Shown here piece by piece: positions 49,701 to 61,319 of a DNA stretch of 64,000 bases; position 1 is the stretch's first letter, and every line of letters starts with the position of its first letter. The position numbers and the translations under genes are program-made. The notes beneath the pieces are model-generated. The model had not been told where the DNA came from. It did no database searches and saw only the letters and a program-made list of their open reading frames with translations. The stretch covers positions 14,260,001 through 14,324,000 of the forward strand of contig NC_087249.1 of NCBI RefSeq assembly GCF_037042905.1, written 5' to 3'. Source of the DNA: Lytechinus pictus (Eukaryota).

Positions 49701-52700
49701 GATGAGTTGACCGGGGAATACAAGTGGGATGGTGATATCCCGACCTGTACCAAGGAGTTTTCAAGGATCTATATCTATGCGATGGGTAAGGGGTTTATTT
49801 CTTGGTATTTATATGATGCGCATTTGATTTATGTTACAGTTGCCTTTACTTCGGGGTTTAAATAATTACACCGTCATGAATATAGTTAAATTTGTGAGGC
49901 AAAACGCTTCATATTTTATCAAATAGGGCCTACATTTGATTAAAAATAAGGAACTTACTACGTTTAAACTTTTTAAACTTTTAAACTTCTTATGTTATGA
50001 GATGAAATCATAATACTTTCATATTGTCATACTCGTGTGTTTAAAATTTCTCGCTTTTTACAAAATAAGTTTCAGCAATGATTATCTTACACTTTTATAT
50101 GGCATGGAGTACCCCTTTAAAGAGCTTGCTATCAGTTGAAAGCCATACTTTTCAGTAAGACCATGATGCTTTCTTGAAAAAAATATATTTCTTCCTTCTT
50201 TCTCCTTTTCTATTCTCACTATTATATGGGTGGTTGCCCCCCCCCCCCGATCGCCGCCCCTGTGTACAGTATCATGTCTGTTGGGGGCATGACGCGAAAT
50301 ACCAAAAGCTGACGTCCTTTTTGTATGTTGGCAAGCAAATTTGACTGTGGTTATACACGTATTTTATCTGTTCGCCCGTGTACTATTATAATTTTATAAC
50401 ACTTTTCTTGAACGCAACGATAGGAAATCATTAACACGTTTGATAAGAAATCCTTGTTATCGTATATATTAAATTTAAAAAATATTTGTTTGTTTATTCA
50501 AAGTGAATTGCATCACGTATTAAAAGTGTTTATGATGTGAAAATTTCAGACACTATATACGTAAAATATGAAATCCTATGTTTTCACAAACGAATCGTAC
50601 GGGAGAGTCCAATGCAAGGAGTTACAGCGTTTTTCTTCTTTATTAAAATGCTGTCGCTCCTCGGCCATTTTAACCCTTACACTCTAAAAGAAAATGGGTA
50701 AAAATGCTCCATGGGGGTAATTATGTGTCCAACTAACAATGGTCATTTCTTTGGGGCATTTTTATTTATCCAGTGTGATTAAAATTTTGCCCAATATAAA
50801 GAAATTGCTGCTTATTTGTTAACCTTACTGGACAAATGCTTCCCAAATTGGGTAAAAAACTGCCCCAAATTGGTTGGACACATAATTACCCTCGTGTTGG
50901 TTAAAATATTACCCAACATTTTTACAGTATACCGGTGACACGACATTTGCTCTGGCGACAATTGCTCCGTACTTTATTTCGTCTAAGGTAAAGGTTTACT
51001 AGGTTAGGATTGCAATTAGGGTTTTATGTTAGGTTTAGGGTTAGGTTTAGGATAGGTTCTAGTGTTAAATCCAAGGTTGAAGTTGGTCATTCTATTAATG
51101 TGTTGAATTTACTGCGGAGCAATGATTGTCGCAAGAGCAAATGTCATGGAACCGATTTGACCTCTTCCCATCTTTTTATCATTTAGAGTGTTGGAATGAT
51201 GCAACTTTTATGTCATGTCCAAATCATCATTTTCATAATGTTCGATTATTGTTATTTTTTGTTCTTCTTTCCAACAGTGTTCTCTGTCACCCTCGTACTC
51301 AGTCTGATTGCAGGTTTCGTAAGGTAAATATCATTTTAGAAAAAATCTGACTTCATTTAGTAAAACCTTACAAATAAAATGTAAATTATATATAAATAAT
51401 TGTTATCATTTAAATTGTTATATATAATATTGGTACAAACGGCGCCTCGTAATAAGTCCATGGTAAAACCAGCTGAATTTGCAGGGGCGGATGAGGATGG
51501 CGACCAGCTGGTTTTTACCCTGAGCTGCGCCGTACTGCGTCCTACCCCCCCCCCCCCTCTCACCTGTTCTGATTTGCATGAACTTGATCAGATCAAAATA
51601 ATTTCAAAACGATTGAAGATTTTACTTTAGTTTGTTTTCTGATTGTATTTTTTTTATTTTTAGGCCTATAACTAACATTTCATTTGGTGTATACATTCAA
51701 TATTAGTAGGCCAAGGCGATATCACAATCAGCCGCTTATGAATATGATTAACTCAATCTATCACGTTTTCTTATCTTGTGTGGCATCATTGTAGAATGAT
51801 CTTTTTTCTTTAGCAAGATATCAACTTTGTTATTACGAGTTTGATTTCAGGACAAGATTCCATCGATAATCCTCCCCAACGAATAAATCGATCTGAAAAT
51901 GTTGCATATAATTATTTATCCTTTTTCATTATGGCAAAAAGAAGCTGCTGAAAACTGCCTATATAATAAAAGAGAGCCAATGGAGTAAATTAGAAAGTCA
52001 AAAGGGGCCTAAGCTTTCGATCCTAGCAGAATCTTCGTCGGAGGCAAAATGACAAACATATATAGTGGAACAACCATAATATTTTCATTATTTTAGAAAT
52101 GAACGTTAGAAAATCAGTTTCATCATAGATTTTATTGTAAAGGTCAGGAGACAAATACCTGAATGACTATCGTCGAGAAAATCATTTATTAAATTGTAAA
52201 TACACAGCCCTTTTATCGACTCTTGCTGCTCTTAACATAATTTTATGAACGTGTGACAAATAGGAAATGAAAATAAATGCGCAAAAATTGCAACTTGACT
52301 TTACTTTTCAAACAGGTTATCAGGTTTGAATTCAGTGGTGATATTGTATTATTATTGTTGTATTAAACCGGTCATGGTGGCTCAGTGGTAGAGCGGCCGC
52401 CTCATGAACAGGAGGTCGCGGGTTCGATCCTCGACCGAGTCATACCAAAGACTTATAAAAATGGGACATTCTGTCTTCTTGCTCGGCGCTCAGCATTTAG
52501 ATTGGAGAAGGGTAATAATAACATCATTATGATATGCAGGGCCCACTGGTAGAGCAGTTTCCTAACTAAATGGCTACCCTGGGTAAATAAAACATTATTA
52601 TTATTATTATTTTTCTGGGGGGAGTGAAACATATTTTCTTTATGAATTTTTCTTGACAAGAGGAAAGACGTTGGTGCCTTCTCTCCTTAATCCCGACACC

Positions 52701-53779
52701 ACAGAATAACTATAACTGCGAAAACCTTGGAGGATCAACCGGGTATTAACGTAAATATTTGTATGGTGATCGTTTTTACTAAAGCCTTTATAATTCTATG
52801 GGTCCAAAGTACGCTTTGTACAAATTTGTTTCTAAAGGCGAGTCAATTTGTCTTGTTTTAGTCGATCAAATCAACGATGTTATGTGGCGGGAATAAATTG
52901 ACACAACAGTTCCGCTTTCCGCTTTTCAGTATAAGTTCGAAAGCGAAACTATTTAAATAGAATCTCCATAATAGTATAGGCTGCGCGAAATTTCGGTCTA
53001 ACATCTTGTTTAAGTTGGTTTAGTTACCTGTACATGGGAGACGTTATACATACATGTATATTCAAATATTGTTCCACTCCAACATGTTATTAACTCTTAA
53101 AATGCCACATTAATTTGCATTGAAAAATCATGGATTTTCTTTTTTGATTTTAAGAAAGTATGGAAAAGCCATGCTTGGTGTGAATGACTGGAAATTAATC
53201 CACAGACATAATACAAGAAGCAATGTCGTTTCCAAAGCCATTGTCGTTACTGGTTTTTTACCATTCAGTATGCAGTTTATACATGTAATCAATGTAATTT
53301 ATGTAACATCGGTGTAAAAGAAATGCCTATTGTAAAATGTGAGCAAAAACAATTTCAACACTGTGAACCATAACATTGAAATGAACAATGAATTAAAAAA
53401 AATGTACTGCAACCAGTTATAAAGATTACCCAAAGAGGTAATATGGGCATGCCACGGATCGGAACGACGAAATGAAATGACGAACAGTTCACAGTTTCGA
53501 GTATCACATTTTGAAATTTACAGTATTCAGACAGTTATTGCCGAGTTTATTCAGATGCTTTTAACATTCAGTTACGCAATGACATTTCACTAAACTTTAT
53601 TTTAACAATTGTAGAAAACACACTTCTTGTGAATATCCTAGTTGTAACCGTGTCCAACGGAAATGACATTTTGACGTCATGCAAGTGTCATTTCCGTTAA
53701 TTTTTGTTACCCATGTTAGGCAAACTTATGTTTATCATAACTTAGTTTGATAATTGTACTACTACTACTACTGCTACTG

Positions 53780-53815
<36 letters not shown>

Positions 53816-54376
53816 CTGGCTTAAAGCCGGGAAAACATTGCTATGTATAAAACATTGCTCTGCATTGCTCTGTACTCAGTAGTAGTACTGCTCTGTACTC
53901 AGTAGTAGTAGTACTACTACTACTCAGTAGTAGTATTGCNNNNNNNNNNNNNNNNNNNNNNNNNNNNNNNNNNNNNNNNNNNNNNNNNNNNNNNNNNNNN
54001 NNNNNNNNNNNNNNNNNNNNNNNNNNNNNNNNNNNNNNNNNNNNNNNNNNNNNNNNNNNNNNNNNNNNNNNNNNNNNNNNNNNNNNNNNNNNNNNNNNNN
54101 NNNNNNNNNNNNNNNNNNNNNNNNNNNNNTATCTCACTAACCTCTTCTTTGTTTTATTTGTTTTTCTCTCTTCCAAGGTATTCTATCCGCAAGTCGAGGG
54201 AAGGATCTCGACCACGATGTGTAACCCGTACTACGGTGGTCATTCCCAGTTCAACAACGATAACAACGAGGACTGGGGGCTCTATATTGCCCGGTGGGCC
54301 ACCACCATATGCTCGTTTTGATGACAGTAACATCCAAGTACCCAAAGATGAGCCCACATCCAATCCACAAGCCTAA
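46603..54376 (+). CDS. Single Sushi/CCP-domain type I membrane protein with PPxY tail (SUSD3/SUSD6-like architecture), 213 aa
   Basis: Exons 46603-46711, 49498-49785, 51278-51323, 54178-54376. Phases 1/1/2 join in frame to 642 nt. Signal peptide, RNKR, CCP motifs (C..P..PNG...F.CDPGY...C...W....PTC), TM IYIYAMVFSVTLVLSLIAGFV, tail with PPPYARF. Confidence 0.85.
47473..48153. mobile_element. Harbinger-type MITE, complete
   Basis: TIR AGGCCCCTGTTACATCTGA / TCAGATGTAACAGGGGTCT, 3-bp TSD ATT, internal GTTTACAT and CCGAG repeats. Confidence 0.75.
48465..49059. mobile_element. Degenerate Kolobok-like MITE
   Basis: TAAAGGGATA...TATCCCTTTA termini. Internal similarity to the elements at 2151-2696 and 13594. 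Confidence 0.5.
49498..49785 (+). CDS. Sushi gene exon 2 (CCP domain)
   Basis: Phase 1-1 exon of 288 nt inside ORF 49464-49865. Confidence 0.88.
50933..51154. mobile_element. MITE with internal degenerate TTAGG(G) repeats
   Basis: TIR CGGTGACACGACATTTGCTCT / AGAGCAAATGTCATGGAACCG. A fragment of the same TIR occurs at ~7200. Confidence 0.65.
51278..51323 (+). CDS. Sushi gene exon 3 (transmembrane)
   Basis: 46 nt with a strong polypyrimidine acceptor; VFSVTLVLSLIAGFVR. Confidence 0.8.
52007..52045 (-). ncRNA. Minimal type I hammerhead-ribozyme-like motif in a Penelope-like terminal fragment (core variant)
   Basis: Minus strand reads GCCT-CCGACGA-A-GATTC-TGCTA-GGATC-GAAA-GCTT-AGGC. Confidence 0.5.
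52370..52611 (+). mobile_element. tRNA-derived SINE with a Meta-domain-like body and (TTA)n tail
   Basis: A box TGGCTCAGTGG, B box GGTTCGATCC, body GTCATACCAAAGACT..AAAAATGG...CTTGCTCGGCGCTCAGCATT, AATAAA and a (TTA)n tail. Confidence 0.85.
53757..53814. repeat. (TAC)n microsatellite
   Basis: Directly visible. Confidence 0.85.
54178..54376 (+). CDS. Sushi gene exon 4 (cytoplasmic tail, PPPYARF)
   Basis: Long polypyrimidine tract plus aag acceptor. Phase 2 matches exon 3; TAA ends at 54376. Confidence 0.8.
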
Positions 54377-57300
54377 AAGGTGCGTGGAGGCGCTAAATAC
54401 TTTTAATTTACTTTTTTTTTTTGATTTTTTTTTCTGTTTATTTTTTTATCTTTCCATTTTATTTCCTTATCATAGTTTTGTCTTATTTATTTATTTATTC
54501 ATTTATTTGTTTTTTTGGGGGTGTGGGTTACTGCGGCAGCCCGAACACGAAGTGGCGACGTATCTGGGGCATGATACGTTTTTATTTTCCAAACTCGTTC
54601 CCATGGCACTAACCCGCACTCTCGATGTTTTTTAAAATTTGTTCCCATCAGTTATTAAATCGTTCCCAAGAGTAAATAGCTCGTCCTCACTAGATAGTAT
54701 TTCTCCCCTAGACCCATTGATACATCCCCATGACTCATCCTCAATGTTGCCGAGTTAGTAAGACGTTGCAACGAGCTAAGTTGCGGGAACGACTCAATAT
54801 CGTATAGTAAGTCGAAGAACGTATTGAAATGTTGTGGAAACGAGTTATAAAATAGGTAAATGTCATGTCAGGATGTCGACAATCTAAATTTCAGTGATTT
54901 AAAATGAATCCAGGTGGACCGTAGTTAGGGACAAATCGAATTCTGGATTTAGATTTAATCCTAAATATTTATTTTTAAATCTCGAGGGATTTTGATTTAT
55001 ATCAAAACCTTTGGGATTAAAAAAAAATCTTCGAGATTAAAACTAAATCCAGAATTCGATTGGTTCCTAAATGTAGTCCACCTGCATGGATTTATTTTAA
55101 ATCCCTGAAATTTAGAATGGAAACATTTAAAGACTCTCATAAGTTTGAGCAAATTCCCTCCAAAATGTTTGCCACTGTTCCATATAAGAATTATTACGTA
55201 CAAAACATATGATGTAGATGGTTTGAGATAACAAAAAACAAAATTTGCAATCGAAGGTATTTGTGCGATTTTGAATATGTATTATTACATGGAAATATTA
55301 TATCATTATTATTTATTTGCTACCAACCTTCACACGTTTGTATACAGTAAAGAGGCTGATTGAAATCTTATTGAACGCTGTTTACCATACAGATCATACA
55401 GATGCTGTTTAATTGTCTAAACAATTTATTGAGAATTATTAAAAATCAAACTTTGTTGTATAAGACTTTCAACACTTGTTTAAACCGTTTGAACAACTAC
55501 CGAAATGGTTTATAAAGTAAACAGCGCTGTATAAACATTTTAGACAATGCTTTTACTGTGTAATATCCATATCTTTTTTATTCACCATTTGATTCCGATT
55601 TTGAACAGGTCACTGTTGGTGGACCACCTTCCAACGTCTTCCAAGAGAGATGAGATGTCTTCCTTGTCCCTTAACAACTACATATATCACAAACTATGTT
55701 GTTGATTGGTGTACATAATGGACTGCACTGGTCATTTTATTAAGTAATTATTATGTTTGTGTTTAATAGATAACTTTTTTTTAATAGGTAAATATTTGAA
55801 ATCAATAAACGTAAAATTTAAAGAAACTGGCAGTATACTAAACGAATTATTAACACATACGCTACCCACTCTTTCATAAACTCATAATAGCACATGCATG
55901 AATCATATAGTTTTTATTCCTTTATCATTTTATGTTTTCGTCATTTGAAATACCTCTTGCCAATTTGTTTAATGTTTCCCGTTATTTTTTAAATTATTTC
56001 CGATTTTATTATAGTTGAATACTACAATGGCATACACACTATTCATTTCCCAGACACACAATTCACTTTCAGTTAATATTTCTTTCTAGAATTCCACAAC
56101 ACAAGTTTCAATACAATACTTTATCCGTAATATTTATTTTGTAATTATCTATGTTACTGTTTGAATATTTTTTTTTTCATTATTACCTTGTAATACATCG
56201 CAATTCGGCCTTAGCCGCGATGATGTCTTGATTTTATTAATAAACCATTTATCTATCTATCTATCTATCTTACACCGATGTTGAAATGTTTTAGGTGTTA
56301 GCTCAACACCCATTGATGTTATAACAGCTTGGTTGTTATTAATTTTAACGCTGTTTGAAGTTATGTTGAAATTCTAGGGTGTCATTTTAACACCACAGGG
56401 TGTGCTGGGCTCTTTAGGAACACCATGCAGTTTTAGTTTTAACACCCATTACATCATCCTTTTCTCCATTTGTTTGAGTAGGACCTTTGCTGATCTAGAG
56501 ATTAAGCAATGAATAGAGACTGAGTTGGATTATTTATGAAATACGTACAGGGTTTAAGGTTTCATTATAAAGGCTGACATTATCCTCTTCCTACTGTTGT
56601 ATTATGATGAGTGTTGGCGTGCCTTTTATGAACTTTGCTCTTCCTAAAATTTTATCTTGCATTATGATGTCATATATCATGTTCGAAGGGCTCGTGTGAA
56701 AATATTTGTTTTAACAGTAAACATTTACTGTCTAGTTTCTCTTTTCCTTACGAAAGTGCTTTCATAGTAAGTGTGCCTTGAATCAATTTTTTGTGTGTTT
56801 CCAGAAGATTTAAGAAAAATACGCTGATTGATCATCCTTATGAAAACAAATGTTTTTTTAATGCTGAAAACCACTCGTAGTCACGCTGTATTTTTTCTTA
56901 CAGATTCACAGTAACCTTTTTAGGCTTTATGAGTGTCAAACGTATGTTTGTTTGTGTACATTAATACTTACTAAATAAGTATTTTGGTTAGTGCGTTAAT
57001 GTATAGTAAACAATAATAATAAATGTATATATTTGTATAATGCATGATGCATCTAACATGGTTCCTGAGATGCTTCAATGTAACCATGGCCTCCATACAA
57101 GTAGGCCCTACTGCGAAACATAATGTATAAACCCAAGTTTGTCGGGGGGGGGGGGGGGGGGGGAGCAGCGCCAAGCTAAATTTATGGCGTTTTCTGCACA
57201 CATTTGCTTTTATTATAAAACACATTGACAATGGGCCCGGGAGAACAGGGTGCTGGTTTTAAAAAAATGACAAAAAAAAAAGAAATAATAATATTTTAAA

Positions 57301-57460
57301 AAGGTTTTCGTACCAAATGAAGGAAAATTTTGGTCAAATTATAACATTTCAGCATATCAACCTGATTTCCAAGGGGTGCTACCTATGGTGTATAACGTAG
57401 GCCAATACGCAACACCCCATGACATTGACCCTATATATTTGGTACTAGATGTGTATTTAA

Positions 57461-57953
57461 AGGGGAAGTTCACCCTGCTAAAAAGTTTCTTGTAGATATT
57501 GTAGCAAAAAAATATTCAAAATATCATTGAAGGTTTGAGGAAAATCCATCAAAGATTTAAAAAGTTATAACTTGTAATAGAAGTTTCGTTTCTTGATTTG
57601 TGACGTCATATGCGAGCAGCTTTCCATGTATCGCGAATAAAAAAAAATCAATGAAATGTCATTTAAAAAAGATAAAAATAAATGGTGTGTATTGCACTAT
57701 CAGTACATCATTTCACACACGCTCCTTAAAGAAAGATATTTAGACAATCATGAACCATGACAAAAAAATGAATTTAATGCATTTTATATTATATAACAAT
57801 TGGATAAGCTGCTCGTATATGACGTCATTACAAAAAAATCTCTCATAAATTTTTAATCTGATAGATTTTTCTCAATTGTTCGCCAATATTTTTTTACTAT
57901 TTTTTCTGATATATATATTTATAATAAACTTTTCGTCAGGATGAACTCCCCCT
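57461..57953. mobile_element. Kolobok-like MITE, complete
   Basis: TTAA on both sides. TIR AGGGGAAGTTCACCCTG / CAGGATGAACTCCCCCT. Confidence 0.75.
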
Positions 57954-58968
57954 TTAAAGTCCATGGTGTATTCTAACACTTGTAGGATGTGGCCCTTCAC
58001 AGACGGCGGTATTGTTTTTAACACCGAAACTGTGTAGAATGATTGATTTTCAACTATGAGCATTTTAACTCTTATATTAAAAGGTGCGCATGAGCAGAAA
58101 GAGGTCATTCCAGATAAGACCATCAAGGCGGTATTCAGATTCACTAACAAAAGTATTTGTGATACGATGATCTTGTAATTTTTCATGTATTCCTTTCATT
58201 CTTCATTTCATGTTCTTTTCATCCCATCCACAAGAGAGTAACAAATTTCGTAATCAGTGGTAATTGACAGTAGCCCAAATTAGTATAGACAATGTGCAGA
58301 TAGCGGACAAGCGATTTCAAAACTTTATCACAGACTGAGGTTACGTACAAGTCTTTATTTGCCGTGTCTCCTTTCTTGGAATTTGAATACCACAGAGTGT
58401 CGGATAACTAACGTAACATCATGATTCAAGTGTTAATGCTCACCCTAGTGAAAAATTTGAAAGGTCATGCGAGAAAACTTGATCAAGACCTAACGGCGAA
58501 TTTGCTTATTCAAACGAACTTGCTTTCTTTACAGCGCATCCCAGTAAAAAATAAAACTAGAAATACCAATGTCTTTTTAATACACTGAAATTCAATTGCG
58601 TTTGATAATTAGGTTATCATTGATATCAACCATTTTTTATAATTTATACAGATGTATTCGTGTTGTAGAGTCCTTTCCTAGATTTCGTTTCTTATGTCGT
58701 GTTCTTGTTTACCATTTTGTACTTTACTAAGACATATTTCAATAAATTTTCATGTAATAATAGTTATAATTCTTCCTTGATTTTTGTGTTTCTTATGATC
58801 ATTACAAATAATCGAAGAATAATTTGTTATTTTGTGATTTGTAAGTAACCATTAAAAATTGGTCTACTGAGAAAATTGTGAAAAAGAGTGGGAGAGAGAG
58901 AAAAGGAAGCAAATAATGAAGAAGTCCGGGAAAGTTATGAACGCTATTATCTTAGCATCCGTGTCCAG

Positions 58969-59129
58969 GGGCCCGTTGCATAAAAAATACTATTATGGTA
59001 ACTTCGCCATCTAATAGTAACTACCATGCCAAAAAAGTTCAACAACCAATCAGAATCAAGGATTTCAGGGAAGGTATATACTATTGAATGGCAAAATTAT
59101 TATAATAGTAACTTTTATCCAACGGACCC
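58969..59129. mobile_element. Harbinger-type MITE
   Basis: GGGCCCGTTGCATAAAA / TTTTATCCAACGGACCC with a 3-bp TSD CAG. Confidence 0.7.
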
Positions 59130-60681
59130 CAGAACTACCCGAACAAGAATACAATTTTAACATAATCTAAACGATAATAGGGGGGATCGACGACTGTGTC
59201 CGAATATTCCCAATGTGCAGAAACACAACAAGACCGATTCCAATCGACTGATCGTCTCTGTCATTGGAAACAACGTAATAGATTTAGGGGGTGGATTCCA
59301 TATTCAAGTACACACTTGCGATTTGTGTTGATATTTTTTTTCATATCTATACATATTTAACCATATGGCTCTGGGAGCAGCCTCGATAGGTCTTTGACCC
59401 TTGTTGCTCCCCCACATTCTAGATTATGTTATTTTTTCTGTTGTCTTTTGCAGAGATTTAGGAGGTTCTGTTTTAATCTACTTTTTTTTTGCATGTATAG
59501 TTTTACAATCCCCTATATATATATCTGATGTTTTGTGATTCCTTATTGTAATGATTTCCTTGACATCTTTTATTTACGAATGTGGAAATAAACTTTATTT
59601 AGTCAGCCGGGGACTCGTTTCGACTGCGTGAATAAAGCGTTAAGGCCCGTTTACACCGCATCCGGCACGGCGACCGTGCACGGCACCACGGCAATCCGGC
59701 ACGGCAAAAAAAATCGATCCCCACTAAATCCTATGAAACTGTTTCCACTTCAACGGTGCCGTGCCGTATTGTACAACACGGCGTAATTTGCCGGATTTGC
59801 AGATCGATCAGCAAGCCATTTTCAGAGCACGGCACACGGTTTTTTCACTTCTGGCCAATCACAGTCCAGATAAATTACGTCATTGCCCACATATTTTCTG
59901 ATCAAGCGACAAATCGCCTGCGGTGATAGTCTATGGGAGTACGAGTTTACGTGTTAAATGCAAAATCGCACATATCATACACGTAGGTCTACGTGTATTA
60001 TTACCTGCTGAAGAGAGGTGACTGAAGGAGCTAGGACTTGCCTGATCTTGCAATTCTTGGTCTGGTAAGCAACTAATTAAGAACAAGTGTCATTTCGCAT
60101 ACTGTAGAACCGAGCCCCAGAAAGTAGAGCACAAGAAAATAAGGCCAAATAATATAAGGCCGGAAATACTATTACTAATCTGGGATAGGGCCTAGCCCTA
60201 GGCTAACTAGGGCCTAAGCCCTAACGTTATGATCTAACGTCTTTTAACGAAGATCTAACGTAAGTTAGCTTAGTCTTAGACTCGGTCTAACAAGATATAT
60301 ATAATTTAGATAGGGTAGATGTTTATCATAGCCTAAGTTACATCTAGATCTAACGTTAGACCTAATGTTAGACTCGATAATCAATTAGACTGGCCTAACG
60401 TAATTACTAAATAAAGAAAGTTAGACTTAGGGTAAAGTAAGATAAATGAAAGTAGGCCTAGGTCCTAGCCCTAGTTGCACTTGCAGGAAACACTGATTTC
60501 ACGAGAAAGTGTGTAAAACCGAGCTTAATTGTCACTATATTATCGAGGATCTAGATCTGGTATAGTGGTACAGTTACATGAACTGAACTTTGTGAAATCT
60601 TGAAATCTACGCTGAAAAATGTTCATACTGTCTACTGAAGATCACCAACACAGATAAGCGCACGTGACGTGGGACAGTGTA

Positions 60682-61319
60682 TGGCAGTGTGTCCAAACTT
60701 CGCGCGTGTCCATACTTCGCGGACGGTCATTATCTAAAAAACTAGCCAATATCCTTAAAATCTGACATCATCAACGTGAAAAGCGACCTAAAAGTACCCT
60801 ATAGTGAAAATTTCTTTAGGATGAGTTCAGTATTCATGAAAATATTGGCAAAAGATCGGCAAATTTGCCACCGCTAGCGCCCGTTTTGAAGAAATCAACA
60901 AGCATCACGATATCACCATTTTGCAAGCAGAAATCATAAAAAATGTGAGTTAAATGTGGTACTAACCGATTCCATAGCATTTTGCCATCAATCTGATATA
61001 AATATTTCACTTTTTTAGCTTGATTTTTTGTTTAAATCTCCACAAAAGCTTTGGTGCGCGAAGTTAGGTCACACTTTTTTTGAACGGTTTTCCAGCACAG
61101 CCCGCATTCGCCGATCGGAATAGAATTTTGAGATCGCGATACCGGCGAAACCCCTTGACCTACTTTACATTTTCGTCCATGATTTTATAGTTTACGATCT
61201 TGCCGTCAATGTGGTAACTATTTCTTGAATTGGTTTTGTATAAATTATGAATATTTTGTGAACAAAAATAAGCCTGATGAATATTTTTGAAAAGTGCGCG
61301 AAGTTTGGACACCCCATCA
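60682..61319. mobile_element. TA-flanked MITE nested in a Kolobok-like element (~60440-61549)
   Basis: IR GTGTCCAAACTTCGCGC (60689) / GCGCGAAGTTTGGACAC (61296). Host right end ACTGGCATTTATCT|TTAA. Confidence 0.6.

Noticed and set aside
50990-51060. Telomere-like TTAGGG tract
   Set aside because: Short, degenerate and enclosed in a MITE with TIRs; not a telomere fusion site.
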